From NCBI GenBank assembly GCA_964503265.1, contig CAZCYO010000002.1, forward strand, positions 258,604-322,603: DNA of 64,000 nucleotides. The letters are read 5' to 3'. Both the position numbers and the translations under genes were made by a program. Source of the stretch: an uncultured Gammaproteobacteria bacterium (GTDB lineage Bacteria; Patescibacteriota; Microgenomatia; Levybacterales; UBA12049). How positions within the stretch are numbered: position 1 is the first letter of the stretch; every line of letters starts with the position of its first letter. Shown here piece after piece: positions 10,349-19,286 of the stretch. The notes below the pieces were generated by a model. It was not told the DNA's origin. It was given only the letters and a program-made list of their open reading frames with translations, and made no database searches.

Positions 10349-10828
10349 TTATGTATTAAGTAGTACTATCGAAATATTTAAGACTGTCGCAAAACTTACC
10401 CATAATAGATATGGAATTTGTAGTAGTCCTGAAAATTTACGAATTGAATAAAATTTTATAATCATCGATAAAATACTTGCCCATAACAATAAAATGATGA
10501 CGAGTGCTAATAGTGGATATTTAAAACCAAAAAATACAATTGACCATACCGTATTCAGAAGTAGTTGCACTATAAAAAGTAAGACAGCATTCTTTTTCTT
10601 TTTTTTCTCTCCTTTACTAATCCAAATAGAATAAAACGAAATCGCCATTAGAAAATATAATGTCGTCCACACCGGACCAAAAATCCAATTAGGAGGATTA
10701 AAAAACGGTTTATTTAGTGCAGCATACCATGTCGGAATTGATGATGCAGTAAAAACCGATCCAATTCCTCCAGCGAGAAAACATACTACGATCGATATGA
10801 GTAACTTCTTCAAATCAATAGTTTTCAT
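10349..10828 (-). CDS. tspO: TspO/MBR (tryptophan-rich sensory protein) family
   Basis: Five TM helices, WYAALNKPFFNPPNWIFGPVWTTLY signature. Confidence 0.8.
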   Translation of the reverse strand: MKTIDLKKLLISIVVCFLAGGIGSVFTASSIPTWYAALNKPFFNPPNWIFGPVWTTLYFLMAISFYSIWISKGEKKKKKNAVLLFIVQLLLNTVWSIVFFGFKYPLLALVIILLLWASILSMIIKFYSIRKFSGLLQIPYLLWVSFATVLNISIVLLNT

Positions 10829-10954
10829 ATAAAAAGTATAGCAAGTTAGGCAGACTAATACTAATCATCATACAAATCTTACACTACTCATAAGTTGTTC
10901 TTGCTTTTAACTAGTATAGTTAGAAGCTCGTGGTAACCCTACCATGAATAGATT

Positions 10955-11018
10955 TTAAAATAACGGGAGGTCGTAGTCCGCCAGGTGGCGAACGAAGATC
11001 CCCGAACGAAGTGAGGGG
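10955..11018 (+). promoter_or_regulatory. Conserved 5' leader motif (copy B) with possible SD-sequestering hairpin
   Basis: GGGAGGTCGTAGTCCGCCAGGTGGCGAACGAAGATCCCCGAACGAAGTGAGGGGGTGAAatatATG. CCCC can pair with the GGGGG of the RBS. Homologous to 1020-1135. Confidence 0.4.
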
Positions 11019-11225
11019 GTGAAATATATGAATAAAGTAATAACAACAGGTATGGTTATTGGAGGATTAGTTTCTGCTATCGGATTTACGTCTGTGGCAT
11101 TTGGACAAACTGCTACCCCTTCTCCAACCCCAACAGTTACGACTACTGTTACGCCAACAGTAACACCGACTACGACAGTCACAGTTCCGACAGGAGCACC
11201 TAAAACGGGATACGGGAGTAACTAA
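11019..11225 (+). CDS. Small secreted Thr/Pro-rich protein (68 aa) ending ...GAPKTGYGSN
   Basis: Signal peptide/TM (VITTGMVIGGLVSAIGF), TPTVT repeats. Sits directly upstream of a sortase but lacks a canonical LPXTG-TM-tail sorting signal. Confidence 0.45.
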   Translation: MKYMNKVITTGMVIGGLVSAIGFTSVAFGQTATPSPTPTVTTTVTPTVTPTTTVTVPTGAPKTGYGSN

Positions 11226-11281
11226 CGAATGAATTTTCCATATCCTGGGGTACTGTTCGTACCCCAGGATATCGTTATCTT

Positions 11282-11890
11282 ATGAAAAAACTCTTTTTCT
11301 TATTTGTAATAATCCTTTTAGCAGTTGGAGTAGTAATGTATAGGAAACCTCTCGTTTCAACTGCAATCCCCACTGGTGTCGCTGTACAAAAATCACTTAT
11401 TTCACCAACTATTGGGGTCCAAGCAGTTACTATCCAAGAATCTAAGTCAGTCACCCCCAGACGACTTATTATTTCGAAACTACATGTTGACGCAGCAATC
11501 GAATCAGTAGGAATGGATTCCAAGGGTAATATGGATGTTCCGAAAGATTCAGATAACGCAGCCTGGTATAACCTTGGGTATAAACCAGGAGAAAACGGTA
11601 GTGCTGTCATTGACGGACATTTTGATAAACAGTCAGGCGCACCAGCAGTCTTTTATGAATTAGGATCGCTTAACAGTGGAGATACTATTCAGATCGAACA
11701 AAGTGATGGTAAACGGCTTACCTTTGAAGTAACCAAGTCTGACATGTATGCATATGATAAACTTCCACTTCAAGAAATATTTAATACGTCAGGTAAACCA
11801 GTTCTAAATCTTATAACTTGTAACGGTACATTTGATACATCAGCAAAAAATTATTCAAAACGATTAGTAGTTCAAGCTGTCTTGCAGTAA
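11282..11890 (+). CDS. Sortase family transpeptidase
   Basis: N-terminal TM, His (VIDGHFD), TLxTC catalytic Cys (LNLITCNG), conserved Arg (RLVVQA). Confidence 0.8.
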   Translation: MKKLFFLFVIILLAVGVVMYRKPLVSTAIPTGVAVQKSLISPTIGVQAVTIQESKSVTPRRLIISKLHVDAAIESVGMDSKGNMDVPKDSDNAAWYNLGYKPGENGSAVIDGHFDKQSGAPAVFYELGSLNSGDTIQIEQSDGKRLTFEVTKSDMYAYDKLPLQEIFNTSGKPVLNLITCNGTFDTSAKNYSKRLVVQAVLQ

Positions 11891-11900
11891 TGGTACATGA

Positions 11901-12183
11901 TTATAAAGCGAGGTTCTTATCTGACCAGTTCCACCATTTCAACTTTTCTGGATCTGGATTTTGTGTCGTGGCGAAGTAGACAGCACACCGGAATGTATAA
12001 AGAACACATCGATCAATATGCATCCCCCGAAGTTCACAGTGTTTATCATACAGTTGTTGCGGATCTTTCCCTACTAAATCACGAACTGACCGAATCCCTA
12101 ACTCATACAAATCCAAAGCAAGTGATTTCCCAATCCCAGGAATAACCTGTAATCCTTTTAGTATCTCCTTCTCTATTTTCATA
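11901..12183 (-). CDS. Helix-hairpin-helix domain protein (Cdd1/'pathogenicity locus' family)
   Basis: IPGIGKSLALDLYELGI HhH motif and ...CVLYTFRCAVYFA pattern. The longer 122-aa ORF uses a TTG start and is unlikely. Confidence 0.6.
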
Positions 12184-12533
12184 CTATTTATATAGCATAA
12201 CTCATAAAGATTGTAACTATTATGTCTTCTATAATATAAATAACTCCTTATATTTTGTAATTGAAACAAAGAACGTTAAGTTTTTGCGGAGTGAATGTTC
12301 AGGGGGAATCCGGCGTACTGCCGAAGGGGGCGGACAATCCCCCGATAAATGAACGAAGCAAAAATAGTCCGCAGGTGCCCTTTGGGTATCGACTTTCACT
12401 TACAAAAGAGTTTTGGTACTTTTTCGGCAAAAAGTACGATAATGAAAACTACTAATAGGATTTATCTAATAGATCCTCAATCTAGTTGAGGATGACAAGT
12501 AATAGATAGTCACAAATAACAGAGTGAAAGAGA

Positions 12534-13010
12534 TTATGCTATCGATACTACCTTATACTCCACATTCCCTTTAGGTGTCTCAATCACAATTGAATCTCCA
12601 ACACTTTTTTTAAGTAACGCTTTTCCGATTGGAGATTCAACAGATATTTTTGCATCTGCTGGATTTGCTTCAAATTTACTGACAATCATCACCGTACGTG
12701 TAACATCTGCATTCGCAAAAGTCACAGTATTTCCCACTTGAACGACATCACTTTGTACAGACTCAATTACTTTTCCATATTTGAGTAGTTCATTAATTCG
12801 ATAGAGTAAACTATCGATATGGTTGAGTCGAGCCTTTGACGCTTTGTATAATCCATTTTCAGATAAATCACCCATCTCGCGAGCTTTTTGGACTTGTGCA
12901 ATCGTCTCAACTCGTTCTGCGAGTAAGTCATCTTTCTCTTTTTGAAGAGAAATGAATTTTTCTTTGGTTAGTGGAACACTTGGAATAGTTGCCATCCGCC
13001 TATTATACAC
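12534..13010 (-). CDS. greA: Transcription elongation factor GreA
   Basis: Coiled-coil N-domain plus FKBP-like C-domain (GDLSENGLYKASKARL...). Confidence 0.85.
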   Translation of the reverse strand: MYNRRMATIPSVPLTKEKFISLQKEKDDLLAERVETIAQVQKAREMGDLSENGLYKASKARLNHIDSLLYRINELLKYGKVIESVQSDVVQVGNTVTFANADVTRTVMIVSKFEANPADAKISVESPIGKALLKKSVGDSIVIETPKGNVEYKVVSIA

Positions 13011-13381
13011 GATAATTGCGAACTCTTATCAAACTCTACAGTAATTCACACATATTTCTTATATAGCGGTGTAATAATAGTCGTAGAAAGGCGTCGCGAA
13101 TCTAACGACATCGCGATATCCCCTGATATGTTTAATTAAATAATAATCAGGGAAAGAGGAGGTGAAAACGTATGAACTTAAGCATTACAGCATTTAATCC
13201 ACTTGTTTCACTTATTTTTGGAGTACTTATACTAGTATTCCCAAAATTTCTCAATTACCTTATCGCATTTTATCTCATTCTGAACGGAATTCTTGGATTG
13301 GGATTAATTAAATAATTTGTAATGTATGGTGTACTTTAGTTACCACCTCAAGTACACCTAGATCGCATCTATTTTTCTTGC

Positions 13382-13409
13382 TTGACAGACTATTTTATTT
13401 TTATATATA
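13382..13409 (+). promoter_or_regulatory. Sigma70-like promoter (TTGACA-16-TATATA) for CAP-domain gene
   Basis: TTGACA at 13382-13387, TATATA at 13404-13409, ATG at 13420. Confidence 0.4.
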
Positions 13410-13419
13410 GTGTCTCTTA

Positions 13420-14025
13420 ATGCTCATATCCACTACATACCTTGTGTTTGTACTAGCGCTTATTTCTTGGTCAACTATTATTCCTTCGCAATTTCAAATC
13501 CCACAATTCATCTGGCCGACACCTATGCAAATACAGTCACCTATCCCTAGTACAACAATCCCTCCACAACAATCTCCCTCCCCAACTCCAACGATAAAAC
13601 CAACAAGTACGCCAACACCAACTCTACGCCCCACAAATACCCCCTCACCTACACCTAAAATTACAAGCCTTCTTAATGCAAAACAGCAATACATTCTTTC
13701 CCAAATAAATGACTATAGAATAAGTCTCGGTCTATCCCAAGTCACTGCAAATAAAGCTACCTGCAGTTTCGCACAAACACGAGCAACTGAGATTAGTACA
13801 AATTTTACACATGACGGATTCACATCACGAATAAACGCGCATACGCTCCCCTATGCTTCGTACCATAATGTAACAGAAAACATTGCAATGACCAGTGATT
13901 ATAAACAGGTCGTACAGATGTGGAAAAATTCTAGTGGACATGCCGCAAATATGAGATCAGATACTACATATGTCTGTGTCGCATATTCGGGAAGTTATTA
14001 TGCATATGAAGGTTGGAAACCATAG
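13420..14025 (+). CDS. CAP/SCP (PR-1-like, YkwD-type) domain secreted protein with Pro/Thr-rich linker
   Basis: Signal/TM, PTPT linker, CAP motifs (GHAANMRSD, YVCVAYSGSYYAYEGW). Confidence 0.7.
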   Translation: MLISTTYLVFVLALISWSTIIPSQFQIPQFIWPTPMQIQSPIPSTTIPPQQSPSPTPTIKPTSTPTPTLRPTNTPSPTPKITSLLNAKQQYILSQINDYRISLGLSQVTANKATCSFAQTRATEISTNFTHDGFTSRINAHTLPYASYHNVTENIAMTSDYKQVVQMWKNSSGHAANMRSDTTYVCVAYSGSYYAYEGWKP

Positions 14026-14243
14026 GTTTTTGAGTCCTATAGTTTGCGTTTTACTGTTATTTATTATATAATCCCCTCTAGCTATAGCCTCTAACCTTCT
14101 TCTTTTTTAGACATGCGTTAGCTCTATAGTTTTTTTGCACTTTTACAACACGACGAAATAATTTACGAATGTGTCCTATTAGGAAGCGATTGTTCGCTTT
14201 CTTATTGGGCACATTCAATGAATTGAAAGAACTGGAGGATAGG

Positions 14244-15410
14244 ATGATTCGCACAGTCGGGATTGCTCTACTCGTTGGTGGCTTGCTTAATAGCATTATC
14301 ACACACGGTGAAGGAGTTGCTGCATTTGGAGGACTCATCGTCTTCCTGCCAAAAATTCTTGAAGCGCTAGTTGCCCTTGGTATCGAAACCGAGGCACAAT
14401 TTAGTGGGTTTCACACGGCACGACATCACTGGCGACAGTACTGGAAGAGGCTTGTACTCTTTCTAACAGTCGCCCTCGCCATGAGGGGAGTTGCGATCTA
14501 CATCGCCACTCGTATCATGGACATCCCTAATGGACATTTAATCGCCACTGGCTTAACAGCCACGGACCCAGCTGCTATCGGCATCGCACTTGCGATGGTC
14601 CGAGCTCGGCGGTTAGAGGGACTTTTCTGGCTTCTGACAGTCGAATCGCTTCTCAACGATGCGATCGGCTTGGTTGCATTCTCAACAGCTCGCGGAGAAG
14701 ATATCTGGTCAATCGTTGCAACGATTTTCCTAACGATTCTCGCAGCTATCCTACTTGCGATCGCAGACGCAGGCGTCCGGTGGATGATCCGTCTTCGGTT
14801 CTTCCGCAATCACCGCTATGAAGCTCGGGCAGAAGTCCTAGCTGCCTTTTGTGTCTATGTAGCGTTCGTGTTACTAGGCGTTAAGGCAGGACTATCACTC
14901 ATTGGCTTAACAGCTGTGGGTGCAATTCTGGGAGATATCATTCTCCCCCAGATTCCTCACGAACGTGATCACCACGTCGAACTTGAGCGCACGCACTTAC
15001 ACGAACTGTGGAGTATGATTGGCTTAGGGACGGTACTCGGAGTTGTAACTCTGATTATGCCGTTTCGAGCTATCTTCGCATCAGTGTATGTACTGTATGC
15101 AGCGGCAGGTATTCTGGCAGCGATCATAATCGCTCGGACATTGCACGATATCGCCTTCGCGGTGATCGCAGAGTTCCGAGCGACAAGAGAAGTGTCAGAG
15201 TTAAAGCCGGCAACAGTCTCAATTTTGGCCGCAACGTGCTTACTGGGTGTGCCGTCGATCGTAGCTACCGAGATGTTTCACGAAGGACGTAGCGAGGCGA
15301 TCATCGTTTATGCGGCAGTACTTCTATCGTGGTCCACAGTCGTGCCGACAGTACTACTGATTCGGCGTGTGGAACGAAGCTTGAGCCGACCTAAGCGAAC
15401 CAATCCATAA
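14244..15410 (+). CDS. CPA1-type Na+(K+)/H+ antiporter (NhaP-like), located in a high-GC patch
   Basis: TDP motif (TATDPAAIG) and ND motif (ESLLNDAIGLVAF), multiple TM helices. GC about 52% versus about 35% in flanks. The ORF tracker start at 14169 is probably too early; MIRTVG... is chosen. Confidence 0.65.
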   Translation: MIRTVGIALLVGGLLNSIITHGEGVAAFGGLIVFLPKILEALVALGIETEAQFSGFHTARHHWRQYWKRLVLFLTVALAMRGVAIYIATRIMDIPNGHLIATGLTATDPAAIGIALAMVRARRLEGLFWLLTVESLLNDAIGLVAFSTARGEDIWSIVATIFLTILAAILLAIADAGVRWMIRLRFFRNHRYEARAEVLAAFCVYVAFVLLGVKAGLSLIGLTAVGAILGDIILPQIPHERDHHVELERTHLHELWSMIGLGTVLGVVTLIMPFRAIFASVYVLYAAAGILAAIIIARTLHDIAFAVIAEFRATREVSELKPATVSILAATCLLGVPSIVATEMFHEGRSEAIIVYAAVLLSWSTVVPTVLLIRRVERSLSRPKRTNP

Positions 15411-15417
15411 GTAAATT

Positions 15418-15457
15418 GAGGAGGGGGCACAGTGCCTCCTCCTCTTCTCTCTTTTTA
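15418..15457 (+). terminator. Rho-independent terminator (GC hairpin + T-tract), probably bidirectional
   Basis: GAGGAGGGGGCACAGTGCCTCCTCCTC followed by TTCTCTCTTTTT, between convergent genes. Confidence 0.6.
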
Positions 15458-15532
15458 CAAAAGTTAAACATATGCGTTTGAACTAACAAAAAAAGAAGAA
15501 ATCTTCGTCGTGTTGAATACTCAATATAGAAA

Positions 15533-16855
15533 TTACTTCAGTCCGTAGCGAAGATAGAGGATACCAAATGTGACAAGTCCATTAATAACGACGAGAGGTA
15601 CCCCAACCGCTAAATATTTCATGAAGTTCACATGGATATGTTCCTTTTCAGCTTGTCCCAGTGCCACTACATTACATGCCGCTCCAATTGGTGATCCAGC
15701 ACCACCAAGTGATGTTCCTAGATTTAACGCCCACCATAATGGATATACCACAATACCTGCTTTTTCCATCGCTTGAATAGCGCCCACCATAGTAATGTTA
15801 TACGGAACATTATCAATAAATACTGAAAGAAGCCCAGAACCAAGGGTGATCAAAAACTGTAATACAGTACCATTTCCACCAGAAAGAGATACTAACCCTT
15901 GTCCAAGAGCTTGTACCACATGAGTATGTTCAAGTGCCCCTACTACGACAAATAATCCCATAAAGAAAAAGATAATTTCCCAGTCAACTAATGTAATAAA
16001 AATATCTCTCGGATTTTTCTTAAATAAGAAAAGAGCTAGAAATGAGGCAGAAAGAGTAATTGTCGCGTTATCAAGGGTAATTCCAAGAAGCTGTGTCACA
16101 TATTCTTTTCCAACCATAAGAAGAATTGTAATAACAAGTAACGGCATACCGATATATAATATTCTTCGATTTTGAATCGCCGCTGCTGGTTTAAATGCTG
16201 CTACATCTTTTTCTTTCACGATAACTGTAGAAAGTTCTTTTCTAAACAATACATATATATAGATCATTGAAACAACTGAAAGTACAAGTACAATTAGGCC
16301 TGAATTGCTGATAACTTCTAAAAATGAAAGTCCGACTGTTTTTGCTTGATAGTATGTTGTTGGATCGGAAATTGGAGTTGTAGCTCCTCCGATATTTGCC
16401 ATAACAATGACAGAAAAAAGATAAGGAAAATAAGGAAGCTTTAATTCTTTAATAAGCACGAGCAGTACGGGTAGCATAATGAGCACTGTCGGAATATTTG
16501 AAAGAAACATCGTCATAATAAGCGTCATATAACTAATCGCTATTAAAAGTTTCACGGGGTTTCCTTTTACTTTTTTAACCAGCCAAATCGCTATTGCTTC
16601 AAAAAAACCAGATTCTTTAACGATACCTACCAGAATCATCATGCCAATAATAAAAAAAAGAACATCGAGATTGTGTCCAATAAAATGAAAGGCTTCTTCT
16701 TGTGATGAGGTATCTGCAGTACGAAATACTTGCACAATGATTAAAAACATCGCTCCAAGTATCGCTACGATGACTTTATTTACTTTTTCAGTAATTAGAA
16801 AGAAGTACACGACGGCCAAAACCGCGATAGAAATAAATGAATAGAGTGTTAACAT
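15533..16855 (-). CDS. Anion permease, ArsB/NhaD (CitMHS) superfamily
   Basis: 440 aa, about 12 TM, internal repeat architecture typical of the ArsB/NhaD permease family. Confidence 0.6.
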   Translation of the reverse strand: MLTLYSFISIAVLAVVYFFLITEKVNKVIVAILGAMFLIIVQVFRTADTSSQEEAFHFIGHNLDVLFFIIGMMILVGIVKESGFFEAIAIWLVKKVKGNPVKLLIAISYMTLIMTMFLSNIPTVLIMLPVLLVLIKELKLPYFPYLFSVIVMANIGGATTPISDPTTYYQAKTVGLSFLEVISNSGLIVLVLSVVSMIYIYVLFRKELSTVIVKEKDVAAFKPAAAIQNRRILYIGMPLLVITILLMVGKEYVTQLLGITLDNATITLSASFLALFLFKKNPRDIFITLVDWEIIFFFMGLFVVVGALEHTHVVQALGQGLVSLSGGNGTVLQFLITLGSGLLSVFIDNVPYNITMVGAIQAMEKAGIVVYPLWWALNLGTSLGGAGSPIGAACNVVALGQAEKEHIHVNFMKYLAVGVPLVVINGLVTFGILYLRYGLK

Positions 16856-16868
16856 AGAAAATGATAAT

Positions 16869-17327
16869 TTATTTAACGGAGATATCTAGGGCCAAGGCGA
16901 GAGCTTTTTTTATCTCAGATCGAGTAATAATTCCGACAATATCTCCTTTTTCAACCACTGGAACTATATATAAATCATTATGGAGAAAATCTGCAGCAAT
17001 TTCCATCAAGCTATCGTCAAGATCTGCTACGATAAACTCACGGCGCATAATTTGTTTCACGAGTTTATCACCAACTTCAACACATTGCTCTTTAAAAAAG
17101 CCAGGAATATACATTGAACTTGCTAGGTTCGAATGTTCCTGCATTTCTTTAGGGACAATGTGACCAACAATATCTTGCAGTGAAAGAACTCCAACAAGCT
17201 TCTCTTTTTCGTTTGTTACCAGTAACCCATTATAATCATTTGAAATAAGCCGCTCGATAACATCACGGATGGTAAGATTTTCCGCAATGACATTCGGATT
17301 ACTAGTGTAAATATCTCGTACTAACAC
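16869..17327 (-). CDS. CBS-domain pair protein
   Basis: Two CBS motifs (GLLVTNEKEKLVGVLSLQDIV; YIVPVVEKGDIVGIITRSEI). Confidence 0.75.
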   Translation of the reverse strand: MLVRDIYTSNPNVIAENLTIRDVIERLISNDYNGLLVTNEKEKLVGVLSLQDIVGHIVPKEMQEHSNLASSMYIPGFFKEQCVEVGDKLVKQIMRREFIVADLDDSLMEIAADFLHNDLYIVPVVEKGDIVGIITRSEIKKALALALDISVK

Positions 17328-17443
17328 AACTATAGTAAGTATAATATAACTTTTTGTAAAAAACCATCCTCAGCTTTACGTAGTAAACAGGTCGAACATA
17401 TAGAAAACTTGACAGATTTAATTATCATGTGTAGGCTAATTAT

Positions 17444-18193
17444 ATGATGCAAAAATTACCTGTCATTATTGTTTCATTGTCTCTTCTTGCAACATCACTC
17501 ACTCCAGCTTTCGCACAAGAAGCTACTCCAACCACATACGTTACACCTACAGCTACCGTAACCTCCCCTCCTTCTTTGAAAACGAATGCTAAAGCCACAG
17601 CAACTGCACTTCGTGAAACGATGCAAACAGCAAAAATGGAATTAAAAGATAAAATCCAAGCAGCACGCGACGCGATGAAAGATAAAATAGCAGCTGAAAA
17701 AGCAGCATTCCAGACGAAAGTAGCAACCATTAAAGATACACAAAAACAAACAGTCGTATCTGATATCGACACGAAGATCTCAACAATGAACCAAACACGA
17801 ACTGACGAAATGGTTGCAAATCTCACTCGTCTTTCACAAATTTTAGATTCTATCTCAACGAGGTCTGCTGCAGCTAAAGCAGCTGGTCAAAATACAGCCA
17901 CAGTAGATAGTGACGTCACCTCCGCACGTTCTGCAATTGCACTTGCACAAACTGCAGTTACAACTCAAGCAGCAAAATCATATACGATTACTATAACTAC
18001 AGACACAAAACTTCGAACAAATGTGATGACGACTCTCGCACAGTTTAGAAAAGATATTAATGCTACACATAAGACTGTTGTAACAGCAAGAGATGGTGTT
18101 CGAGTAGCGGCTATTGATCTGGAAAAATTAACAAGTGTAAATGTAACGACGACACCAGCTCCAACAGCATCAGGAGCAGCAGCTAACCAATAA
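17444..18193 (+). CDS. Hypothetical secreted alpha-helical/coiled-coil protein
   Basis: Signal peptide ending AFAQEA, Thr/Ala-rich, no recognisable domain. Confidence 0.45.
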   Translation: MMQKLPVIIVSLSLLATSLTPAFAQEATPTTYVTPTATVTSPPSLKTNAKATATALRETMQTAKMELKDKIQAARDAMKDKIAAEKAAFQTKVATIKDTQKQTVVSDIDTKISTMNQTRTDEMVANLTRLSQILDSISTRSAAAKAAGQNTATVDSDVTSARSAIALAQTAVTTQAAKSYTITITTDTKLRTNVMTTLAQFRKDINATHKTVVTARDGVRVAAIDLEKLTSVNVTTTPAPTASGAAANQ

Positions 18194-18197
18194 CTAT

Positions 18198-18887
18198 ATG
18201 GATCCAAATAAACCAATCTCACCACCTAGCCAACCACTAACACCACCAGATCCTATGGCTACAGTTCCTGTGCCTCAGGCACCAACAATGCCGGTTGCAC
18301 CAACTCCTCCTGCAGACATAGCACAACCATCTGTGTCTGAACCACAAATGACTCCTCCACCGATTAACATACCTCCTATAACACCAGAGGAAATTAAACC
18401 AGAAGAACCTACCATTGAAGAAACGAAGCCTGTTGAAGAAATAAAAGAAGAACAACCAGTAGAATCAGTATCACAACCAGTTGCTCCATCATCAGAACCT
18501 ACAGCACCAGAGGCTCCAGCTACTATGCCGACGATGGAAGCATCTATTCCCGGTGCACCTGTGACACCAAGCGTTGATGCGCCTGTGTACCCACCTCCTA
18601 CTGAACCAGCAGGTGGAAAAAAGATGTTGACAGTTGTCTTAAGTATTCTTCTTTTAGCGGTAATTGGTGGTGGTGGTGTTTATCTGTACGGAATGATGAT
18701 GAAATCAGTAACTCCTGTAGACACGACGACGACAGCAGACTCAAAACTCACACCTACTGCATATGAAACACCTGCCATTTCTGTCACTCCGACACCAATT
18801 AGTGCAGTAGATGAAGTCAATTCAGTGACCGTTACCGACCCTGCTTCAGAGCTTGATCAAATGGACCAAAGTGCTTCCTCACTATAA
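18198..18887 (+). CDS. Hypothetical Pro/Glu-rich protein with single TM
   Basis: Pro-rich N-terminal half, TM helix (LTVVLSILLLAVIGGGGVYLYGMMM). Confidence 0.45.
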   Translation: MDPNKPISPPSQPLTPPDPMATVPVPQAPTMPVAPTPPADIAQPSVSEPQMTPPPINIPPITPEEIKPEEPTIEETKPVEEIKEEQPVESVSQPVAPSSEPTAPEAPATMPTMEASIPGAPVTPSVDAPVYPPPTEPAGGKKMLTVVLSILLLAVIGGGGVYLYGMMMKSVTPVDTTTTADSKLTPTAYETPAISVTPTPISAVDEVNSVTVTDPASELDQMDQSASSL

Positions 18888-18902
18888 GAGAACAACACAA
18901 GA

Positions 18903-19154
18903 CTAATTTTTATCTATTTTCTTCTTTTCCTCTGTCGTAATTGCGAGTAAATTTGCGAGTTCTTCGACAAATTTCTTAGCATGTGTTCGACTCATTCCAA
19001 TTCGTGAGACAACTCTGAGCTGATCCCCGACTTTCTGTCCTACATCAAGCGTAACTCCATCATCATTTGCTACCATCATGATAGAATCCGTATAAAGTAT
19101 CGGAGTCGTATCGAGGTTTATTGTAACCGAAACATCCTTTTTCTTATCCATAAC
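18903..19154 (-). CDS. DUF3467-like small protein
   Basis: Pattern ...YTDSIMMVANDDGVTLDVGQ...RIGMSRTHAKKFVEEL resembles the DUF3467 family. Start set at the internal Met. Confidence 0.45.
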   Translation of the reverse strand, partial: VMDKKKDVSVTINLDTTPILYTDSIMMVANDDGVTLDVGQKVGDQLRVVSRIGMSRTHAKKFVEELANLLAITTEEKKKIDKN

Positions 19155-19286
19155 AATACTCCTTTCGCAGTATATACTACCAATTGCATATATTGAATGC
19201 AATAATGCTTAATCAAATCTGTCATCCTCGACCTGATCGAGGATATATACAATAGATTCCTACATTATAACTGCTATAATACTCAA

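Noticed and set aside
11901-12269. 122-aa version of the HhH protein
   Set aside because: Begins at a TTG with no RBS and the extension is low-complexity. The ATG at 12183 was chosen.
12280-12440. SRP RNA / RNase P / tmRNA assignment for the structured block
   Set aside because: Lacks the GGAA-tetraloop domain IV consensus of SRP RNA, the AGGAAAGUCCGGGCUCC P4 strand of RNase P, and the tRNA-like ends of tmRNA.
12261-12455. 64-aa ORF downstream of greA
   Set aside because: Sits in the GC-rich structured block and hairpin. No RBS. Interpreted as non-coding.
14078-14338. 86-aa minus-strand ORF overlapping the antiporter start
   Set aside because: Antisense to a well-supported transporter gene, Lys/Arg-rich.
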